NCBI GenBank assembly: GCA_965223325.1
Contig: CBDCWI010000001.1
Coordinates: 1,824,001-1,888,000, forward strand
Direction of reading: 5' to 3'
Length of the DNA stretch: 64,000 nt
DNA from: Candidatus Multivoradales bacterium
Lineage (GTDB): Bacteria; Acidobacteriota; Thermoanaerobaculia; Multivoradales; Multivoraceae
Shown here: one piece after another, positions 58,186 through 64,000 of the stretch
Layout of the letters: every line of letters begins with the position of its first letter
How positions within the stretch are numbered: the stretch's first letter is position 1
Translations under genes and position numbers: made by a program
The notes under the pieces: generated by a model
The model's input: the letters and a program-made list of their open reading frames with translations, nothing else
Told to the model about the DNA's origin: nothing
Database searches by the model: none

Positions 58186-58740
58186 CTACTGGACCTCGTA
58201 GGTCGCCATGTAAAGAAGCGCCGGCGAGTAGATGTGAAGGGTGACGAGGTCACCTCCGCAGCAATTCTCGACGGCGTGGATATCGGCCTCGTCGTTCGCA
58301 CAGATGAAGCCGGTCTCGAGTTGTCGACTCGACTTCACTTTGACCAGCGGTGGCGCGCCAGGAGCCGCGCCGGCGAGCGGTTGATAGATGCGCTCGGTGG
58401 CACATCCGTCGAGGACCCGAAAGGCGCAGCTCGACCCGCTATGGTCGTGGATCGGGCTGCCCTGGCCGTCCTTCCAGCACAACAGGAGAGCCTGGTAGCT
58501 CGGCCCCTCATGCAGCAGATTGCGGCAGTAACAACGATTGTCAAAGACGCACAGGTCGCGGAGGTCCTGACAGTCGATCACCAGTTCCCGCAGAGCTCGA
58601 TCGAGGGCTGCTAATGGCACGCGATCCTCGTAGACGTCGAGGCGCGCGAACATCTCTTGCAAGCGGGCGGGAACACGCGGCTCACAGGGGGCGATTCCGA
58701 GTTCAGCGGCGGTAGCTTTTGGTATTTCTTGGATCGCCAT
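58186..58740 (-). CDS. Cysteine dioxygenase (type I, Arg-type)
   Basis: YCRNL, SPIHDHSGSSC, IHAVEN and TLHIYSP. Confidence 0.88.
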   Translation of the reverse strand: MAIQEIPKATAAELGIAPCEPRVPARLQEMFARLDVYEDRVPLAALDRALRELVIDCQDLRDLCVFDNRCYCRNLLHEGPSYQALLLCWKDGQGSPIHDHSGSSCAFRVLDGCATERIYQPLAGAAPGAPPLVKVKSSRQLETGFICANDEADIHAVENCCGGDLVTLHIYSPALLYMATYEVQ

Positions 58741-58769
58741 GATTTCCCCAGATAATCCGTCCCTGGAAA

Positions 58770-58845
58770 GAGATTATCTCCCATTGGGAGCGCAAAATGT
58801 TTGCTTTCTTACCCCATCTATGCTCGATCTGAGGCAAAATTTTGC
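58770..58845. promoter_or_regulatory. Candidate Lrp/DecR binding sites in a divergent promoter
   Basis: AT-rich region with GAGAT-T-ATCTC (58770-58780), GCAAA-ATG-TTTGC (58792-58804) and perfect GCAAAATTTTGC (58834-58845). Confidence 0.55.
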
Positions 58846-58931
58846 TCGTACCGTTCCGCCCGCGGATCGAGGACGCCCTTGGCGACGGACCAAGGGAATT
58901 CAACTACCCCTCAGGATCGAGGAGCCTTTGC

Positions 58932-59408
58932 ATGGACAGCATCGATCGACGCCTCCTGCAACTCCTCCAGGAAGACGCCACCACACCAGTGGCCGACCTG
59001 GCCGACGCCGTCGGCCTGTCGACCTCGCCCTGTTGGCGCCGCATCCAGAAACTCGAGAAGTCCGGCGTGATTCGCTCGCGGGTGGCACTGCTAGACCCCG
59101 AGGCGCTGAACGTGGGAGTGACCTGCTTCGTGTTCATCCGCACCAACCAGCACAACCAGGAGTGGTTCGATCGCTTCGTCTCCACCGTTGACGAGATTCC
59201 CGAAGTGGTCGAGTTCTACCGCATGAGCGGGACGGTCGACTATCTTTTGCGGGTCGTGGTGCCCGATATCGCCGCTTACGACAGCGTCTATCGCCGCCTG
59301 ATCGAGCGCATCGAACTGTTTGACGTGTCGTCAAGCTTTTCGATGGAACGCATCAAGTTCACCACCGCGCTTCCGCTCCAGTACGCCCGGAACGACGGCG
59401 AACCCTGA
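58932..59408 (+). CDS. decR: Lrp/AsnC family regulator, DecR(YbaO)-like
   Basis: DRRLLQLLQED, GLSTSPCWRRI, FYRMSGTVDYLLRV and DVSSSFSMERIKFTTALP. GAGGAG RBS. Confidence 0.85.
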   Translation: MDSIDRRLLQLLQEDATTPVADLADAVGLSTSPCWRRIQKLEKSGVIRSRVALLDPEALNVGVTCFVFIRTNQHNQEWFDRFVSTVDEIPEVVEFYRMSGTVDYLLRVVVPDIAAYDSVYRRLIERIELFDVSSSFSMERIKFTTALPLQYARNDGEP

Positions 59409-59519
59409 GGCTCCCCGGGTCCGCGTGGAGAACTGAGCACCAAAAGCCGTCGCGCGGCGCGGCTGGTAGGTTGGGCGACCTCACCCCCCGAAAGACCGAC
59501 TGCGAAGGAAGCGCGCCTC

Positions 59520-61145
59520 ATGAAGCTCCGATTGAGAGGGTCGAAGCCCACCTGTTCCTGGCAACCCACTCCCTACCGAAAGTTCACGTCCACAGGGGTC
59601 GTGCTCGCTCTAGCCATCCCTGCGTTGTTGATCGGGGGCTGTGGTGAGAGCGCCGATCCTGCACTCACTTCGGCGACTCGCGTTGCTGACCACGGTCCCT
59701 TCGACCTCGTTCTCACCGGCGGAAGAGTGATCGACCCCGAGTCGGGCTTCGACCAGGTGGCCGACGTGGGTATCCGTGATGGTGTGATTCGAGCCGTGAC
59801 CGCCGAGTCACTCGCCGACGCAGTCCAGGAGGGTGGCGAGGTCATCGACACGAGCGGCCTGGTGGTCGCCCCCGGCTTCATCGATCTGCACGCGCACGGA
59901 CAGAGCAAAGAAGCCAACGCCTTCCAGGCGCGCGACGGTGTCACCACGGCGCTCGAGCTCGAATGGGGCTACCCGCGTCTGTCTTCATGGATCGCTTCGC
60001 GCGCCGACAATGCGCGCATTCACTACGGAGCGTCGGTCGCGCACGGCATGGTGCGTACGCTGGTCATGCCCGAGCTGGCCGAAGAAGCCGAAGCCCTCGA
60101 AGAGTCCCTCCGCCAAGCCTCGACCGAGGCCGAGCCGCTGCGCGCTTTACAGGGGACCTTGTCGCGCGGCTTCTACCTGCCGGTCGCACCGGAGCAGTTC
60201 GACGCCGTCGAGGCGGAGCTCAACCGCGGCCTGGCGGAAGGAGCACTCGGGATCGGCATGGCGCACCAGTACTACCCGGGCGCGACGCGCGGCGAGATCT
60301 ACCGCGTCTTCGAAGTCGCCGCGCTCAAAGACGCGCCGATCTACACCCACGTGCGTTCGATGGGCCTCGACGCGATGCAGGAAGTGGTCGCCAACGCCGC
60401 CGCTACTGGCGCGCCGCTTCATATCGTGCACGTCAATTCGTCGAGTCTCGGCGACCTGCCGTTGGTACTCGAGCTGATCAGAGGGGCGCGCGAACATGGC
60501 GTCGATGTCACCACTGAGAGCTATCCCTACACCGCCGGATCGACCTCGATTCAGTCCTCGATCTTCGACGAGGGTTGGCGCGAACGCCTCGACATCGACT
60601 ACGGCGACCTGCAGTGGGAAGCCACCAGCGAACGGCTCACCGCCGACACTTTCGCGCGCTACCGAGCGCGCGGCGGAACCGTGATCATTCACATGATGAA
60701 GGATGAGCTCGTCGACCTGGCCGTGGCGACTCCCTGGGTGATCGTCGGCTCAGACGGCATGCCTTACGCTCCCGGAGCCCATCCCCGCGGAGCAGGCACC
60801 TTTTCGCGTGTTCTCGGTCGCTACGTGAGAGAGCGTGGCGTACTCGATCTACCGACCGCGCTCGCCAAGATGACTATCCTGCCGGCCAAGCGATTGGAGT
60901 CCATCGCACCCCAGATGGCCAGGAAGGGTCGCGTGCAGGCAGGCGCCGACGCCGACCTGGTGGTGTTCGATCCCGAAACCATCATCGACACCGCCACCTT
61001 CGAAGGCGATCTCTCGCCCTCCGAAGGCGTCGAGCACACTCTGGTGCTCGGCACCTTCGTGGTGCGCGACGGGCAGCTCGTCGAGTCGGCGTTTCCTGGT
61101 CAGGCGATCACTGGCCGCTACCTCGGCGAGGGGCCTGTGGAGTAG
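59520..61145 (+). CDS. Amidohydrolase (N-acyl-D-amino acid / D-glutamate deacylase-like), probable lipoprotein
   Basis: LLIGGC lipobox, GGRVIDPE, VVAPGFIDLHAH, ESYPY, SDG, HPRGAGTFSR and GADADLVVFD. Confidence 0.88.
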   Translation: MKLRLRGSKPTCSWQPTPYRKFTSTGVVLALAIPALLIGGCGESADPALTSATRVADHGPFDLVLTGGRVIDPESGFDQVADVGIRDGVIRAVTAESLADAVQEGGEVIDTSGLVVAPGFIDLHAHGQSKEANAFQARDGVTTALELEWGYPRLSSWIASRADNARIHYGASVAHGMVRTLVMPELAEEAEALEESLRQASTEAEPLRALQGTLSRGFYLPVAPEQFDAVEAELNRGLAEGALGIGMAHQYYPGATRGEIYRVFEVAALKDAPIYTHVRSMGLDAMQEVVANAAATGAPLHIVHVNSSSLGDLPLVLELIRGAREHGVDVTTESYPYTAGSTSIQSSIFDEGWRERLDIDYGDLQWEATSERLTADTFARYRARGGTVIIHMMKDELVDLAVATPWVIVGSDGMPYAPGAHPRGAGTFSRVLGRYVRERGVLDLPTALAKMTILPAKRLESIAPQMARKGRVQAGADADLVVFDPETIIDTATFEGDLSPSEGVEHTLVLGTFVVRDGQLVESAFPGQAITGRYLGEGPVE

Positions 61146-61237
61146 CGAGGCGTCTGCATTTCATCCCAGGCCGATCAAGACAAACCGAACCTGAAACAGC
61201 GGCTTGACACGGCGAACGCACTCCAAGGGCCTTATCG

Positions 61238-62092
61238 ATGAAGAGCTTCAATGGACGGGTGGCAGTCGTCACCGGCGCAGCCAAAGGGATCGGCCGTGCC
61301 CTGGCTTTCCGCCTCGCGCAAGAAGGTGCTCACCTCGCCCTCTCCGACATCGACGACGACGGGCTCGCCGCAACCGCTCGTGAAGCGTCCGAGGTCGCCG
61401 AGGCAGCCGGTCGAGCGATCGACATCCATCAGGCGATACTCGACGTCGCCGATCGTGCCGCCTTCACTGCCTACGTGACGGAGGTCACTGGACACTTCGA
61501 GCAGGTTCATCTGGTCTTCAACAATGCCGGCGTGGCGCTCGGAGCCCACATCCGTGAGATGTCCTTCGAAGACATCGAATGGCTGATGGGAATCAACTAC
61601 TGGGGTGTCGTCTATGGAACGATGCTCTTCCTGCCTCACCTCGAGCGCGCCGACGAAGCGCACATTGTCAACATCTCGAGCGTCTTTGGACTCGTTGGTG
61701 TGCCTTCGCAAGCGGCCTACAACTCGGCGAAGTTTGCAGTCCGTGGGTTCACCGAGGCACTGCGCATGGAGCTGGCAGTCGACGACAGCACGGTGAGCTG
61801 CACGTGTGTCCACCCCGCCGGCGTCGCGACCGACATCGCTCTCGCGAGTCGCGTTGGTTCGCTGCGCACCGATGCACCGAGCCGCCAGGAGGCAGACGAG
61901 TACTTCCGCAAGATCGCACGCCGCACGCCGGAGAGCGCCGCGCGCATCATCCTCCGCGGAGTCAAGCGCAAGAAGCGCCGGATCAGGGTCGGCTTCGACG
62001 CCGTCCTACTCGACTGGTTCCAACGCCTCCTCCCCACCGGCTACCAGCGCATCATCGAGTTCTCTGTGCGGCGCAACCCGATTCCGATGTAG
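61238..62092 (+). CDS. Short-chain dehydrogenase/reductase
   Basis: TGAAKGIG, NNAG and YNSAK. Confidence 0.95.
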   Translation: MKSFNGRVAVVTGAAKGIGRALAFRLAQEGAHLALSDIDDDGLAATAREASEVAEAAGRAIDIHQAILDVADRAAFTAYVTEVTGHFEQVHLVFNNAGVALGAHIREMSFEDIEWLMGINYWGVVYGTMLFLPHLERADEAHIVNISSVFGLVGVPSQAAYNSAKFAVRGFTEALRMELAVDDSTVSCTCVHPAGVATDIALASRVGSLRTDAPSRQEADEYFRKIARRTPESAARIILRGVKRKKRRIRVGFDAVLLDWFQRLLPTGYQRIIEFSVRRNPIPM

Positions 62093-62114
62093 GCCCACCG
62101 CGCGATGCGACTCT

Positions 62115-62477
62115 CTAGGTGAGTTCGACCGCTTCCTGGCAGGGCATGCACAGGGGCGCTTCGGGCAGTGCCTCGAGACGCTCGATGGCGATCCAGTCTT
62201 TGCAACGATTGCACTGACCGAAGCGGCCGGCGTCAAATGCAGCCAGCGCCGCTTTGATCTGCGCCAGTCGTACGTGGAGCTGGCCACGGTTGAGTTCGGA
62301 CATGCCCTGGAGCTGAATCGCATCGATGCGCGTCAAGCGACCGATGGTGCCGCCGCTGGTCTCGACGCTCGCAACGCCATCGTTGGGTTGTGCGAGCAGC
62401 GCCTCGGCAGCGGCTTGTGAGGCCAGCAGCCGCTCGTGAAAGTCGCGCAGTTGCTCCTTGGTGAGGGTCTTGTCCAT
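62115..62477 (-). CDS. TraR/DksA family C4 zinc-finger protein
   Basis: GRLTRIDAIQ coiled coil and FGQCNRC..ERLEALPEAPLCMPC. Confidence 0.9.
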   Translation of the reverse strand: MDKTLTKEQLRDFHERLLASQAAAEALLAQPNDGVASVETSGGTIGRLTRIDAIQLQGMSELNRGQLHVRLAQIKAALAAFDAGRFGQCNRCKDWIAIERLEALPEAPLCMPCQEAVELT

Positions 62478-62484
62478 GTCCTCT

Positions 62485-63735
62485 TCAGTCTAGTGGGCCC
62501 TGGCCAGCGACACGGTGCCCGGCGCGCCAGGTGGAGACGACGGCGTTGGCTTCGAAGTGGTAGATCCAGTCACGCTCAGACGGTGCGTCGACGAGAATGA
62601 AGTCGGCCTGCTTGCCGACCTCGAGGGAACCCAGGGTGTCCTCGAGGTCCAGAGCGCGGGCGGCGTAACAAGTCGCCCCTTTGATCACTTCGGCAGCGGT
62701 CATCTTCTGCATGACCGAGGCGAGCAGCATCGCCAGAGGTAGATGATGACTCGGTGCCGAACCGGGGTTCCAGTCCGTGGCGACCGCGACCGGAACGCCT
62801 GCCTCGATACAGGCGCGTGCCGGCATCGGCGTCTGGCCGAGAAAGAGGGTGGCCAACGGCAAACTCACCGCCACGACTCCACTGGTCGCCATCGCCTCGA
62901 TCCCGGCAGCTGAAACGTACTCGAGGTGGTCGGCAGATGTGGCACCCACCGACGCCGCCAACTCACCTCCGCCAGTGTCGCTCAACTGGTCGACGTGCAA
63001 CTTCGGGCGCATGCCCAGCTCCTTGGCCTGCTCGAGAATCCGTCGTGCCTCCTCGGGAGTAAAGGCACCCTCCTCGACGAAGACATCACAGAAGCGGGCG
63101 AGGCCGCGTTCGGCGATCGTCGGCAGCATCTTCTCGATCACCAGGTCGACGTAGGCCAAACGGTTCTCGCGATACTCCGGCGCAACGACGTGCGCGCCCA
63201 GAAACGTCGGCACGATCCGAGCGCTCCCGGGCCGATAGTGAGTGCCTTCTCTGGCAAGCTCTTCGTAGACTTCGAGCTGACGAAGCTCGGTCGCCAGCTC
63301 GAGACCGTAACCGCTCTTGCACTCGACGGTCGTCACGCCGAGCTCCACCATCTTCCGAAGCCGGGCGCGCGCTGTATCGAGCAACTCGTCGCGCGAGGCC
63401 TCGCGGGTAGACCTGACCGTCTTCTGAATCCCGCCGCCCGAAGCCGCGATCTCGAGGTAACCCTCGCCAGCAATTCGACGCTCGAACTCGTCGGCACGCG
63501 ATCCAGCGAAAGCGAGATGGGTGTGGCAGTCGACCAGGCCTGGAAAGACGAGATGACCCCGAGCATCGATGCGCTCCTCGCTGGCGAAGTCGGCTGGCAG
63601 GTCGCCGGCAACACCGACGAACTCGAGCGTTCCATCGCGCCACGCCAGCACACCCTCTTCGACCACGTGAAGCGTGCTCTGCCCGCCGGCCGGGGCGCAC
63701 GTGTAGACCGTGCCAGTGTTGACAAGAACCGGCAT
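62485..63735 (-). CDS. hutI: Imidazolonepropionase
   Basis: PGLVDCHTH, GGGI, GVTTVECKSGYGL, FLGAH, CDVFVE, SADHLE and TDWNPGS. Confidence 0.95.
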   Translation of the reverse strand: MPVLVNTGTVYTCAPAGGQSTLHVVEEGVLAWRDGTLEFVGVAGDLPADFASEERIDARGHLVFPGLVDCHTHLAFAGSRADEFERRIAGEGYLEIAASGGGIQKTVRSTREASRDELLDTARARLRKMVELGVTTVECKSGYGLELATELRQLEVYEELAREGTHYRPGSARIVPTFLGAHVVAPEYRENRLAYVDLVIEKMLPTIAERGLARFCDVFVEEGAFTPEEARRILEQAKELGMRPKLHVDQLSDTGGGELAASVGATSADHLEYVSAAGIEAMATSGVVAVSLPLATLFLGQTPMPARACIEAGVPVAVATDWNPGSAPSHHLPLAMLLASVMQKMTAAEVIKGATCYAARALDLEDTLGSLEVGKQADFILVDAPSERDWIYHFEANAVVSTWRAGHRVAGQGPLD

Positions 63736-64000
63736 CAGTCGAGTGCTCCGGTGACCGCTTCGACGGCAGCCAGAAAATCGGTCCCCGAAAGCTCTCTAAT
63801 GCACGACTTGAGGTCATTGCCGAGCAGGTCGTCCTCTTCACGGTGCGGCAGACGCTCGCGCAGGTAGGCGTGCGCCTCTTCGACCCCCCGACCCGGGCGC
63901 AGAGGCTTGCGGTAGTCGAGCGCCTGGGCGACGGTGAACAGCTCGATCGCGAGGACTCGGCTCGTGTTCAAGTACACGTCGTACAGCTTGGTGGCACCAA
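63735..64000 (-). CDS. hutH: Histidine ammonia-lyase, C-terminal fragment (5' part outside window)
   Basis: GATKLYDVYLNTSRVLAIELFTVAQALDYRKPL; TGATG coupling to hutI. Confidence 0.85.
   Translation of the reverse strand, partial: GATKLYDVYLNTSRVLAIELFTVAQALDYRKPLRPGRGVEEAHAYLRERLPHREEDDLLGNDLKSCIRELSGTDFLAAVEAVTGALD

Overview
GC-rich, gene-dense bacterial chromosomal window with about 48 CDS. I found no rRNA, tRNA, CRISPR array or mobile element. The gene content suggests Acidobacteriota (inference): an Oar-type TonB receptor, an acidobacterial VWA protein, kinases with TolB/PD40 repeats, a carboxypeptidase-regulatory repeat protein and ECF/anti-sigma triads. The main result is missed by the ORF track. 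Three genes carry in-frame TGA codons exactly where Cys of a CxxC-type motif is expected, each followed by a bacterial SECIS-like hairpin, so they are probably selenoproteins. Two of them form a translationally coupled, exported operon at 1-1281 (minus strand): a heavy-metal-associated (HMA, UxxC) plus thioredoxin (WCGPC) fusion, then a His-rich probable outer-membrane beta-barrel with a rare UxxU (two-Sec) motif just after its signal peptide. The operon is divergent from a TonB-dependent receptor. The third is a UPYC peroxiredoxin-like gene (20175-20822). The rest of the window holds MarR-SnoaL-DoxX, a TetR-RND efflux operon, an aconitase X pair, two ECF sigma triads, a SecA2 paralogue with a C-terminal hydrophobic segment, a CYP102 overlapping an orphan Rieske oxygenase, a DecR-like regulator divergent from a cysteine dioxygenase that keeps the mammalian-type Cys/Tyr pair, and hutH-hutI. 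All family calls come from motif recognition by eye; no database searches were run.
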